Part shown: positions 26,260 to 35,233 of the stretch, one piece after another
Numbering within the stretch: position 1 is the stretch's first letter
Layout of the letters: each line of letters starts with the position of its first letter
IMG/VR virus record: IMGVR_UViG_3300043932_000292
Location: 1-36,244 of that record
Reading direction: 5' to 3' (one strand)
Length of the DNA: 36,244 nucleotides
Origin: a virus
Lineage: Duplodnaviria > Caudoviricetes
Position numbers and translations under genes: made by a program
The notes under the pieces: generated by a model
Told to the model about the DNA's origin: nothing
What the model saw: only the letters and a program-made list of their open reading frames with translations
The model's database searches: none

Positions 26260-27816
26260 TTGCTTGATCTCATTATCTTAAATGCTGACTTTGCAGAGCT
26301 TGGTGCCCTCGATGATTTCTCTTCTTTAATCTGGGACCGCAAATATTATGAAACCGGAAACTTTGAGCTCCACTGTTCTCCAAAATATTTTCCGCTATTT
26401 ATGGGGGCCGAATACATCTGGTCTAAGGGACTGGTGGAAACCGGGATCATTCAAGACGTATCCTACGATAAAGAAAAGCACGACACCATTGTAAAAGGTC
26501 ATTTCTTAGAGGATATCCTTTACGGCCGTTTAATTACCGACATTGTCAAAGGTACCAAGACGCCGGAAGTTTGGGCGCGGGAGTGGATCACAAACTACTG
26601 CATCACCCCGGCTGACAGCAAGCGAAAAATAGCCAAGCTGTCTCTTGGAACAATGCACGGTCTCGGAACGCCGGTACCGGTACAGACACGCGGGGACGAT
26701 CTGCCTTCAAAAATCAGAGAGATTGCAACACCGCAGGAATGCGGATTCCGGATTCTGTACGATTATCCTCATGACCAAATGTATGCCGAAATATGGCAGG
26801 GACTTGACCGCACAGAAAATCAAGCCGTTCACTCGCTCGCAGTATTCTCAGACGAAGAGGAAACATCCTCCCTATCCACTTATACCCGCAGTGCCGGAGA
26901 TTACCGCAACTTTGCATATGTCGCTGGTGAAGGCGAAGATGCTGACCGTATTATCGTGACCGTTGACCAGACAAACGGCAATCCGAGAAAAGAGCTTTGG
27001 GTTGATGCGCGCGATTTACAGTGGGAAAAAGATGATACCGATACAACATACAAAGCAAAACTCATCCAGAGAGGAAAGGAAAAGCTTGCCCAATATCCAA
27101 TTGCAGAATCCGCTGATTTTTCGGTGCTGACTTCCAACACTCTGATTTACCGTGAAGATTATGACTTAGGTGATCTCGGAACGGTGATCGATCAGGAAAC
27201 CGGGATTAAATATACTGCCCGAGTCGAAGAAATCGAAGAAGTCTGGGAAAACGGCTCTCATACCGTCACCCCAACACTTGGAAAATCTCCGTCTACCATA
27301 CTGGGAAAAGTCAAGCGCGAGGTAAACGAAGTCGGCAAAAGTGCTGAAACGCCGCAGCTTTCACCAGTTGCACGCTCCGGGGAATACACAGATTTGAAGG
27401 GAATCCCCACAGGCTATTTAACGAAAGCAGACTTATTAACATATGTTTTTCCAGTCGGTACTTATTATATTTCCTTTAATAATGTGTCTCCTGCCTCTTT
27501 TTTAGGGGGCACATGGATGCGGCAAGAAGATGTTTTTCTTTACGGTTCGACTCAAAATGAAATGAAAAATGGAACATATTACGGCGGCAGCAAAACAAAA
27601 ACCATCTTGCAAGACAATCTACCCAATGTAGGACTCTATACGCACGGATATTATACAGTCGACAATAATCACGATGGCAGCACCGTACAAGTACGAGCCA
27701 GAGATTATCTTGTAAACGATCCAACTGATTGGATTGGAGCTTTAGGCGGAGGTGGAAAAGCAATGGATATTATGCCTCCATATGTTGGTGTTCATATGTG
27801 GAAACGGTTGTCTTAA
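26260..27816 (+). CDS. Tail hub/Tal-like protein (ReqiPepy6 Gp37-like) with a fused C-terminal fibre-tip-like domain
   Basis: 'SLIWDRKYYETGNFEL', 'AYVAGEGE', 'ELWVDARD', 'YREDYDLGD'; C-terminal 'FPVGTYYIS...PASFLGGTW...IMPPYVGVHMWKR'. Confidence 0.82.
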   Translation: MLDLIILNADFAELGALDDFSSLIWDRKYYETGNFELHCSPKYFPLFMGAEYIWSKGLVETGIIQDVSYDKEKHDTIVKGHFLEDILYGRLITDIVKGTKTPEVWAREWITNYCITPADSKRKIAKLSLGTMHGLGTPVPVQTRGDDLPSKIREIATPQECGFRILYDYPHDQMYAEIWQGLDRTENQAVHSLAVFSDEEETSSLSTYTRSAGDYRNFAYVAGEGEDADRIIVTVDQTNGNPRKELWVDARDLQWEKDDTDTTYKAKLIQRGKEKLAQYPIAESADFSVLTSNTLIYREDYDLGDLGTVIDQETGIKYTARVEEIEEVWENGSHTVTPTLGKSPSTILGKVKREVNEVGKSAETPQLSPVARSGEYTDLKGIPTGYLTKADLLTYVFPVGTYYISFNNVSPASFLGGTWMRQEDVFLYGSTQNEMKNGTYYGGSKTKTILQDNLPNVGLYTHGYYTVDNNHDGSTVQVRARDYLVNDPTDWIGALGGGGKAMDIMPPYVGVHMWKRLS

Positions 27817-27832
27817 AAGGAGAATAAAAGTT

Positions 27833-28192
27833 ATGAAAATTTTGGATCAGCAGGGCAATGAAATTCTAAATCCGGATCTTACGAAAGGCCATCTGGAATT
27901 AGATAAGCTGACAATCCACCATGACGCCGTGACGGCTGTTGCAGAGCAGTCGCATATTGAAGTTATAAAAGAATATGAAAACGGCGGCAAAGATGTAGAA
28001 AAAGTTGTTGACGTACCAGGAATATTGGGCTGCGACGCTTATGACACGTACGAGGATATAGAGCGCTATATCCCCTATACCGCTGCCGAACTGGCAGCAA
28101 TCGAAAAGCAAAAAAACACGCCGACTATTCCTGATCGACTGGCGGCGGTAGAAGAATTACTGTTGTCCCAGATGATTGGAGGCAATGCGTAA
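27833..28192 (+). CDS. Tail fibre-associated protein
   Basis: RBS AAGGAG; 'NPDLTKGHL', 'YIPYTAAEL', 'DRLAAVEE'. Confidence 0.65.
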   Translation: MKILDQQGNEILNPDLTKGHLELDKLTIHHDAVTAVAEQSHIEVIKEYENGGKDVEKVVDVPGILGCDAYDTYEDIERYIPYTAAELAAIEKQKNTPTIPDRLAAVEELLLSQMIGGNA

Positions 28193-28326
28193 TGATGAGT
28201 GCAATCGCTAATTTTTTAATGCTTCAGTATAAACTAGGGCGCGTTACCGTCGATCAGATTCACTCTCTTATTGGGAAAAATCTGACACAGGCGGAAGCTG
28301 ACCAAATTACAGGGGGTGAAGAATAA
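28192..28326 (+). CDS. Un-called 44-aa XkdX-like protein
   Basis: MMSAIANFLMLQYKLGRVTVDQIHSLIGKNLTQAEADQITGGEE*; 'LT..E...ITG' motif; abuts both neighbours. Confidence 0.75.
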   Translation: MMSAIANFLMLQYKLGRVTVDQIHSLIGKNLTQAEADQITGGEE

Positions 28327-29303
28327 TGCCCTTAAAATACGGAATCTTTCCCGGTATTAAAACAGGAGAAACGACAGACGGACTTCCAATCTCCGACCGT
28401 GCTGTTGACGATCAATATTTCGCGCGGTATCATTCCATGTTTCTTTCGAACGGTGTTTATGGAAAAACGTCTGATAATTTTCAGGTCGTCGCCGGGGACG
28501 GCTTAGTTGTGACATTAAAGCCGGGAGATATTTTTATCAACGGCTGGTATGCGTACAATTTGGAAAGCAGCACTTTGACTGTCCCAACCCCCGATGCTAC
28601 GACGATATACCGCATTGTAGCACAGCTGGATCAAATAGACCGGGATATTCATTTCGAAGTGAAGGCCGGATCTAACGGGGCTGCCCCCGCTTTAGAGCGA
28701 ACGTCAGACATATATGAACTTTGCCTCGCTGAAATCAGTCTTTCCAGAGGAGTTACAAAAATCACGCAGTCCAATATTCGGGACACCAGGCTGGACACAA
28801 ATCTCTGCGGCCTTGTAACAGGGGTCATCAATCAGGTAAAAACAGACACTTTACTCTCTCAGATGGAATCATGGTTTGCTGACAAAAAGGCGGCGAATGA
28901 AGCAGATTTTAAGCATTGGTATGATACTTTTACAACTCAGTCAAAAAGTGATTTTGATACCTGGTTTGCAGGAATTAAAAACACACTTGGCAGCGATACG
29001 GCAGGGCATTTACTGAATCTGATCAACGCCATATCGGACAGCAAAGGCCAGGCAAACGGAATCGCCGGACTGAACAGTGATGGTGTTGTCCCTCTGGAAC
29101 AGGGGGGCACCGGGCAGAAATCACTTTCTGCTTTTCGCAATGCGGCTGGATTAGGCAATACAACCGGTCCGCTGCCAATTGCAAATGGTGGTCACGGATG
29201 CAATAACCGTGTAGATGGTCTGCATGCGATGGGCATTAACTGGGGAACTTCGGCAGCACCTGCTACTGCAGCCGCCAACAGTTTTTATATTCAACTATTA
29301 TGA
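28326..29303 (+). CDS. Baseplate/tail fibre protein
   Basis: 'SNGVY', 'YELCLAEI', 'IRDTRLDTNLCGLVTG', 'F..W' repeats, 'PLEQGGTG'/'PIANGGHG' fibre motifs. Confidence 0.75.
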   Translation: MPLKYGIFPGIKTGETTDGLPISDRAVDDQYFARYHSMFLSNGVYGKTSDNFQVVAGDGLVVTLKPGDIFINGWYAYNLESSTLTVPTPDATTIYRIVAQLDQIDRDIHFEVKAGSNGAAPALERTSDIYELCLAEISLSRGVTKITQSNIRDTRLDTNLCGLVTGVINQVKTDTLLSQMESWFADKKAANEADFKHWYDTFTTQSKSDFDTWFAGIKNTLGSDTAGHLLNLINAISDSKGQANGIAGLNSDGVVPLEQGGTGQKSLSAFRNAAGLGNTTGPLPIANGGHGCNNRVDGLHAMGINWGTSAAPATAAANSFYIQLL

Positions 29304-29318
29304 CGGGAAGTGATTTAA

Positions 29319-30200
29319 ATGGCTGAATGGTATGGCGGCAATAGTGACTACAGTTATTACTGGGGCAGCAGCACAACCCAAGCATACTTATCCGCATCCG
29401 TCGAAATTATCAGCGAATATACGGCACGAGTTCATGTACATACATCCACTGCCTGTATCAATGGTGGAATGAGTGAATATGGTGTTCATACGCAGTGCGG
29501 TGTTGAAAACTACAGCGCAGATGGAGAAGGGATTTACAGCGGAAATGGGAACTGGGTCGGACAAGTGGAAGGCTCCTGGGACTTTAGCCGGGGTGCCAGT
29601 GATTATAACGTTACCGTATTCGGAAAATACTGGGGCGATACGGTCAACGGATACGGTCCTGCCGGAAACAACGGCGAGGTTTACGGAACTCTTACAATTC
29701 CCGCACGCCCCTATTATCCTGCCGGCGCTCCGTCCGCCAAAGTATCTAAAACCCAAGTGCCGATCGGGATGGCCATCACGTTATCGTGGACAAAATCCAG
29801 CACGCAGGGCAATGCAAACTTCGACCATTTTGAAGTTACCGACGGACTCGGTGCGCGGCTGTACGTTGGATCCGGAACCAGTATCCAGACGGTACCGAGC
29901 AAAATACTTGATCAGTATGGCAAAGATAATTACTACAATCGGATAATAGCAGCCAACAAGGACTTTAAAAAAGGCTGGGTGTATTACGCCGTCTGGGAAG
30001 TACACGAGTGGTACGGATCCTATCCATCCTCCCCCATTTGCTGGATCGGCGTGGAGGTTAAATCCGGCGTAATTACGGTGTACGACTCAGCCGGCAAAAA
30101 GCACGTTGGACTCGTGACTGCCTATGATGCAAGTGGAAAGCCCCACTTTGTCTTGATCTCAGCTTACGATTCCAGCGGGAAAAGGCACGATACACAATAA
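29319..30200 (+). CDS. Putative minor tail/receptor-binding protein
   Basis: Gly/Tyr/Trp-rich beta protein; three C-terminal 'YDxxGK' repeats; lies between fibre and lysis genes. Confidence 0.55.
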   Translation: MAEWYGGNSDYSYYWGSSTTQAYLSASVEIISEYTARVHVHTSTACINGGMSEYGVHTQCGVENYSADGEGIYSGNGNWVGQVEGSWDFSRGASDYNVTVFGKYWGDTVNGYGPAGNNGEVYGTLTIPARPYYPAGAPSAKVSKTQVPIGMAITLSWTKSSTQGNANFDHFEVTDGLGARLYVGSGTSIQTVPSKILDQYGKDNYYNRIIAANKDFKKGWVYYAVWEVHEWYGSYPSSPICWIGVEVKSGVITVYDSAGKKHVGLVTAYDASGKPHFVLISAYDSSGKRHDTQ

Positions 30201-30214
30201 GGAGGATAAAAATC

Positions 30215-30313
30215 ATGGATACCAAAGTCATTATTTATACTGACGACCTCTATCAGGCCGCGCAGAAAGAAATCAATCACCAGGAAGCTGAGAAAGGAGA
30301 TGACAAAGAATGA
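30215..30313 (+). CDS. Un-called 32-aa acidic peptide coupled to the endolysin
   Basis: RBS AAGGAGG; MDTKVIIYTDDLYQAAQKEINHQEAEKGDDKE*; ATGA overlap with the amidase start. Confidence 0.6.
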   Translation: MDTKVIIYTDDLYQAAQKEINHQEAEKGDDKE

Positions 30314-31266
30314 ATATCGTACAAATGCTTTGCCCGCCCGAAAAGTATGGGATCAAGTGTCCCTACCCCATGGCTCCGACCCGCGTCGTAATCCATAATA
30401 CATATAATGACGCATCCGCACGCTCTGAAATTGCTTATATGATCGGCAACAACAACGAGTGTTCTTTCCACTATGCGGTTGACGACCAGGAAGTTGTGCA
30501 GGGAATCCCTGAAAACCGGAATGCCTGGCATGCAGGCGACGGAAACGGTCCTGGAAACCGTCAGGGAATCGCGATTGAAATTTGCTACAGTTTATCCGGT
30601 GGGGAACGTTTTGACGCCGCAGAGCGCAGTGGTGCGCAGCTGGCGGCTATGCTCCTCAATAAGTATGGCTGGGGGATCGATCGGCTTACGAAACACCAGG
30701 ATTATATGGACAAGTATTGCCCCCACAGAACGCTTGACCGCGGCTGGGGACGTTTTGTTCAGATGGTGCAGTCCTATATGTCAGGAAATACTCCGTCTGA
30801 CATTGTCAGCGCTGCCAGCTCCCCCGCTGATCATACCAGCAAGGTTAGTGCTGCCTATCGAGTGCACACTAAAGAGGACGGCTGGCTCAGCGAAGTTTGG
30901 GACGATAACGACTTTGGCGGCGTGCGGGGCCATAAGATTACAGACGTTGCGATCGGTGTCACGCAGGGGGCTGTCCGGTACCGTGTTCATGTATGCGGCG
31001 GTGACTGGCTGCCGTACGTCACTGGATACGATATCAATGACGTCAACAACGGATATGCAGGTAACGGCCAGGAGATCGATGCGGTCGAGGCATATTATTA
31101 CTCCCCTGCCGGAATGTGCCCGCTTCGCTGCGCTCATTACAAGGTCAGCCCAAACCTGCAGTCCTGGTATGAAGAGCAGATCGACGACAATACCGACGGC
31201 GGTATGGACGGATTTTCCGGCAAGTATGGTAATACAATCGACCGTTTCCAGATGACGGTCGCATAA
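30310..31266 (+). CDS. Endolysin: N-acetylmuramoyl-L-alanine amidase (Amidase_2) with a ChW-like cell-wall-binding region
   Basis: 'IHNT', 'SFHYAVDD', 'AWHAGDG', 'IEIC', 'HQD...KYCP'; C-terminal 'YRVH....WL' repeats. Confidence 0.93.
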   Translation: MNIVQMLCPPEKYGIKCPYPMAPTRVVIHNTYNDASARSEIAYMIGNNNECSFHYAVDDQEVVQGIPENRNAWHAGDGNGPGNRQGIAIEICYSLSGGERFDAAERSGAQLAAMLLNKYGWGIDRLTKHQDYMDKYCPHRTLDRGWGRFVQMVQSYMSGNTPSDIVSAASSPADHTSKVSAAYRVHTKEDGWLSEVWDDNDFGGVRGHKITDVAIGVTQGAVRYRVHVCGGDWLPYVTGYDINDVNNGYAGNGQEIDAVEAYYYSPAGMCPLRCAHYKVSPNLQSWYEEQIDDNTDGGMDGFSGKYGNTIDRFQMTVA

Positions 31267-31276
31267 GGAGGACAAA

Positions 31277-31513
31277 ATGCCAACAGAAGTTATTGTTGCG
31301 CTGATTGCCTTCTTAGGGACAGCGGTCGGCAGTTGGAGTGGAATCCGCATTTCCAACAAATTAGTGGATTATCGTCTCTGCCAGTTAGAAGAAAAAGTCG
31401 CAAAGCATAATCAAGTCGTAGAACGTACTTATAGACTAGAAGAACAGATAAAAGTTGCAAATCACCGAATTAGTGATTTGGAAGTTAAGGAGGAACATTA
31501 TGAACATGAATGA
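31277..31513 (+). CDS. Holin-like/lysis-associated single-TM protein
   Basis: N-terminal TM followed by the coiled coil 'YRLCQLEEKVAKHN'. Confidence 0.7.
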   Translation: MPTEVIVALIAFLGTAVGSWSGIRISNKLVDYRLCQLEEKVAKHNQVVERTYRLEEQIKVANHRISDLEVKEEHYEHE

Positions 31514-31799
31514 TTTTTTAACCTGGAGTATTCTTGGCACCTTCGCCGGTGCTGCAGCGGTTACAGGACTTTTAACTCAGTTACTTAAAGGTGCCGGCTC
31601 CATTGCAAAAATGCCGACACAAATTTTAAGCTATCTGATTGCCCTGGTTGTGCTGCTTATCAGCACAGCAGCTAATGCAGGATTTGCGCAGCCCTGGACA
31701 GTATGGGCATTGGTACCGCTCAATGCGGTATTGGTATCGACAGCCAGCAACGGTGCCTACCAGGCAATCGCACGAGTATCCAGCAAATCTGGTACCTAA
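31500..31799 (+). CDS. Holin-like multi-TM protein
   Basis: RBS AAGGAGG; about 3 hydrophobic segments; 'ASNGAY'; Met-Asn-Met start. Confidence 0.75.
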   Translation: MNMNDFLTWSILGTFAGAAAVTGLLTQLLKGAGSIAKMPTQILSYLIALVVLLISTAANAGFAQPWTVWALVPLNAVLVSTASNGAYQAIARVSSKSGT

Positions 31800-31811
31800 A
31801 AAGTAAATATC

Positions 31812-31870
31812 TCAACAAAAAATCCCCCAGCTATCCTTTTTATTTAGGATAACTGGGGGATTTTTTGTTG
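31812..31870. terminator. Bidirectional terminator ending the late operon
   Basis: CAACAAAAAATCCCCCAG...CTGGGGGATTTTTTGTTG long inverted repeat. Confidence 0.85.
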
Positions 31871-31996
31871 TTAATACGTCTAATTATTCCATTTTAATTA
31901 TGTTGAATCATGACGAAGTTTAATGCAAAGTGTTCCATTTTATGGAATTTAAGAGTATTATTAACGCGATACAAAAATTTATGTTGCAGTAATAAC
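31823..31996 (+). repeat. ~170-bp direct repeat, copy 1 (terminator, 0A-like box, promoter)
   Basis: Aligns end to end with 34944-35110; TGACGAA at 31911; TTCCAT-17-TATTAT at 31933-31961. Confidence 0.9.
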
Positions 31997-32052
31997 ACTA
32001 GCCCATAATTAGAGACCTATTCTGAAAGAATATTGTATGGAGGTATCAATAT

Positions 32053-33369
32053 ATGTCAAATAGAATTGATATTGTTATCAATAGTCCAACTCTCGCTCTC
32101 GCATTTCACACAGCTTATTTAGATAAACTAATTCAAGATGGATATGTTTACGTTAAGGATTTATTTGAAATTACAAGCAAAAACGAAATAATAAAACGAC
32201 TTAATTATGAAAACTCAGAATTTTCTTCATTGATAGAATTGTATAGAAAACAGAAGAATTACTTAACCAACGAACAATTAGCAAGTCTCGTAAAATATAA
32301 TTCAGAAGGAAAAGTTAATAATAACTTATCGGATACAGAGTGTAAAGCAATAATTAATTTAGTATTAGGTCTTTACTCTAAAAATGATGATAAGTATGAA
32401 TTTCTTTTAAATTTATCAAATAAAATAACCAACGATAAATTTGGCTTTTGTAATCCAGATGAGACAAAGAGTAAAAGAGAGTTCATAGGAAAAAAAGATA
32501 TAAGTATTACTTCTGTCGATAATCTAATTAGCTTTTTACGCTTTATAAAGGATTTAAACATTTCAAATAAATATAGAACTTTCTACAGGGGCCATTCTAG
32601 ACTGAATTACTTATTATTGCCATCAATAATGCGCACTAAAGAATTATTGTTAAATGAATATAAAATTTATAACGAACTTCTCGTACGCTGTCCAAATGAT
32701 TTCGTTGGATGTAAGTCTCATATTGATATATTGACTGATATGCAACATTATGGATTACCAACTCGGATGCTGGATATTACAACAAATCCACTAGCAGCAT
32801 TATATTTTGCCTGCTGTAGTAATGAGAAGGCAAACGGAGAAGTTGTCATTTTTACAGTAGGCAGTGAGAAATTACGTTATGCAAATAGCGATACAGTTAC
32901 AATATTATCTTGCCTCCCTTTATTAAAAAATCAAATGAAAGAAAATATTTTTACATTTGTAAGAGGCAAAAAAGATAATACAACCATTGAGAAATATGGA
33001 ACAGCAAAAGATAGATTGTTGCATGAAATAAAAACCGAAAAGCCAAGCTTTGAGGATCGAATAATAGAATCGGATCTCATTAATGCTTTTGTTGTCTATC
33101 CAAATGCACTAAATAATAGAATTATTCGCCAAAATGGTGCATTTATTATTTGTGGAATTCTATATAAAGACAGCTCTTTTGATGAACATAATGATACAAT
33201 TGATCTGATGAGATATTGTAATAAAGATAGCAAAAAAATTGTACTTGTTATAACTAAGAAAAGGGATATATTAAAAGAACTAAATAGTTTGAATATCAAT
33301 AAAGCATCATTATTTCCAGAAATTGATCAGGTCGCGAATTATATTACGGCTAATTATAATATTTTATAA
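32053..33369 (+). CDS. FRG-domain protein (AT-rich cargo)
   Basis: 'FYRGHS', 'MQHYGLPTRMLDITTNPLAALYFAC', 'RIIRQNGAF', 'SLFPE'. Confidence 0.9.
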   Translation: MSNRIDIVINSPTLALAFHTAYLDKLIQDGYVYVKDLFEITSKNEIIKRLNYENSEFSSLIELYRKQKNYLTNEQLASLVKYNSEGKVNNNLSDTECKAIINLVLGLYSKNDDKYEFLLNLSNKITNDKFGFCNPDETKSKREFIGKKDISITSVDNLISFLRFIKDLNISNKYRTFYRGHSRLNYLLLPSIMRTKELLLNEYKIYNELLVRCPNDFVGCKSHIDILTDMQHYGLPTRMLDITTNPLAALYFACCSNEKANGEVVIFTVGSEKLRYANSDTVTILSCLPLLKNQMKENIFTFVRGKKDNTTIEKYGTAKDRLLHEIKTEKPSFEDRIIESDLINAFVVYPNALNNRIIRQNGAFIICGILYKDSSFDEHNDTIDLMRYCNKDSKKIVLVITKKRDILKELNSLNINKASLFPEIDQVANYITANYNIL

Positions 33370-33530
33370 TTTGTTCATGACTAATGATTACCTATATTCA
33401 CGTTATGTTTGTAATGGGTGACCAGTTTACATTAGATTCCAAAAGTGGCAAAAGTGGCTAAGATCGATACCAGTGGATTTCGTGGAATTATCAACACCTA
33501 ATAATAGGATAAATATACGGAGTTGAGAAT

Positions 33531-34553
33531 ATGAAAAAAGTAGTAATTAAGATACCAGATAGTGAAATTGACATGGTAAATACTGCAGATTATACAGAAG
33601 ATGCATCTGAGCAATTTTCTGTGGTTCCTGAAGTTGCCAAACCGCTAATAAAAAATGCACAAGCATATTTAAACAAAATTAAGGAGATGCTTTACTCAGC
33701 CCCAGCATTTGTTAATGCTGTGAAAGCAAATATTCCGGAGGAAACACTTCAGGCCGCTTTAACTGATGAGCAGAAGTCTAAAATTGCGAATGGTGCACTT
33801 AAACTCATGACTAAAAAAGATGGTTCATTGATGGCCAATCTTGTAAATCCAGAAACAAATAAAATAGTTTCTACAATACCTCTTAAAAGCGTGAAAATGT
33901 CACCTGATCTAGCATCGACAATTACAAATTATACAACACAAATGCAGATGGCTGAAATTGCCGAACAAATCAAAACAGTTCAAATAGCTATAGAAGGAGT
34001 TCATCAAGGTCAGGAGTTCGATCGGTTGGCTACTGCATATAGTTGTCAACAGAAATTATTACAAGCAATGACATTGAAGAACCCTGAATTAAAATCTTTA
34101 GCATTGTTAGGAATAGCATCAGATGCTGAAGATAGTCGGAATCTTCTTATGCAAAGTCAAACAGCAAATGTAGAATTTATTGAAGATGAGCCGGAATCTT
34201 TCTGGGGGAAATTTGCTTTAGGTACAAATCCTGAAAAGATTAATCAGTGTATGAACGAAATACGTGATAGCCTTTGCGCTGTAAATATGGTCTCTCTGAC
34301 TGAGGCTATAGCATATCAAGAAATGGAAGAGCCGGAGGCTGCTCGAAAGAGTCTTCAATATTATGCTGGCTTTATTCAGCAAACATATTTAAGCAAAAAA
34401 GGGCTTGTAGAAAGATTAGACTTAATAGATCCATCTCCAGAAAATTACTGGTCAAAGGCTTTACCTGATATTGAACAAAAAATCCAAGCGTTGCCATGTG
34501 TTAAAAATCAAGAGCTTTTAGAAGGTGAACCAAATGCAAGTAAAAAGATGTAA
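33531..34553 (+). CDS. Hypothetical helical protein (cargo)
   Basis: 340-aa intact ORF with no recognised catalytic motif. Confidence 0.8.
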   Translation: MKKVVIKIPDSEIDMVNTADYTEDASEQFSVVPEVAKPLIKNAQAYLNKIKEMLYSAPAFVNAVKANIPEETLQAALTDEQKSKIANGALKLMTKKDGSLMANLVNPETNKIVSTIPLKSVKMSPDLASTITNYTTQMQMAEIAEQIKTVQIAIEGVHQGQEFDRLATAYSCQQKLLQAMTLKNPELKSLALLGIASDAEDSRNLLMQSQTANVEFIEDEPESFWGKFALGTNPEKINQCMNEIRDSLCAVNMVSLTEAIAYQEMEEPEAARKSLQYYAGFIQQTYLSKKGLVERLDLIDPSPENYWSKALPDIEQKIQALPCVKNQELLEGEPNASKKM

Positions 34554-34722
34554 AAAATGCAACAGGTCTCTGCCAGAAGGCTATAAGCACAAGTATTGCG
34601 AAAACTGTCGCAATGAAAAGATTAAAAAAATAAAAGATGGTGGAAAAGTTGTTCTTGGACTTATCGTTCTCGTTGGAGAAGCTACAATAAGTATAGTTGA
34701 TAAGAAAAATAAGTCCAAATAA
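34534..34722 (+). CDS. Small zinc-finger protein with a C-terminal hydrophobic segment
   Basis: ATG at 34534 after GAAGGTGA; CKKC...CENC, then 'VVLGLIVLVGEATISIV' and a basic tail; overlaps the upstream gene. Confidence 0.75.
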   Translation: MQVKRCKKCNRSLPEGYKHKYCENCRNEKIKKIKDGGKVVLGLIVLVGEATISIVDKKNKSK

Positions 34723-34784
34723 CCAGTTTTATCTTGAAACTCTTGTGCTGTCCATTATGTTTATAATAAGATCTTCCAACTAAA

Positions 34785-34833
34785 AAGGATCACCATCAAC
34801 TTATCCTGTGTAGGGTAGTTGATGGTGATCCTT
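34785..34833. terminator. Long perfect hairpin closing the first cargo cassette
   Basis: 16-bp stem AAGGATCACCATCAAC/GTTGATGGTGATCCTT. Confidence 0.7.
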
Positions 34834-34943
34834 CTATGTGAATATTTTTCACTGTGAATTTAATTCACTTTTTACTGCCTGTTTTAATGCTTTTTTCAAA
34901 AATAAATGCTTGATTGCAAAGTAATATTGACACATAAAGCGAT

Positions 34944-35110
34944 TCCCCCAGCTATCTTTTTAGGACAGTTGGGGATTTTTGTTGTTAATATATCTAATTA
35001 CTCCATTTCAATTATGTTAAATCATGACGAATTTTCGTACAAAGTGTTCCACTTTATGGTATTTAAGAGTATTATTAACGTAGCAAAGAAATGTATATTA
35101 TAGCAATAAC
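34944..35110 (+). repeat. ~170-bp direct repeat, copy 2
   Basis: Homologous to 31823-31996; TGACGAA at 35025; TTCCAC-17-TATTAT. Confidence 0.9.
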
Positions 35111-35233
35111 GGGAACTATAAACTGACAAATGAATCTCCACTCGCAAACGGCAGAGTATCTGCGAATTACGTTTTTGGACGTACCATGGGGAGATTGACC
35201 CATTACTGAGATCAAAATACGACTGAAAAGATA

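Noticed and set aside
27340-30200. Possible diversity-generating retroelement target in the tail fibre tips
   Set aside because: No reverse transcriptase and no template/variable repeat pair seen in the window
30473-31255. 260-aa +1-frame ORF (and a 192-aa antisense ORF) nested in the endolysin
   Set aside because: No RBS and no recognisable motifs; Thr/Ser/Arg-rich composition is typical of a shifted frame in GC-richer coding DNA
33440-33457. CAAAAGTGG tandem repeat as a right-hand att arm
   Set aside because: Does not match the left arm repeat or att core; too short to support a call
34906-35103. 65-aa ORF from the track
   Set aside because: Runs through the terminator/promoter repeat, has no RBS, and copy 1 differs by indels
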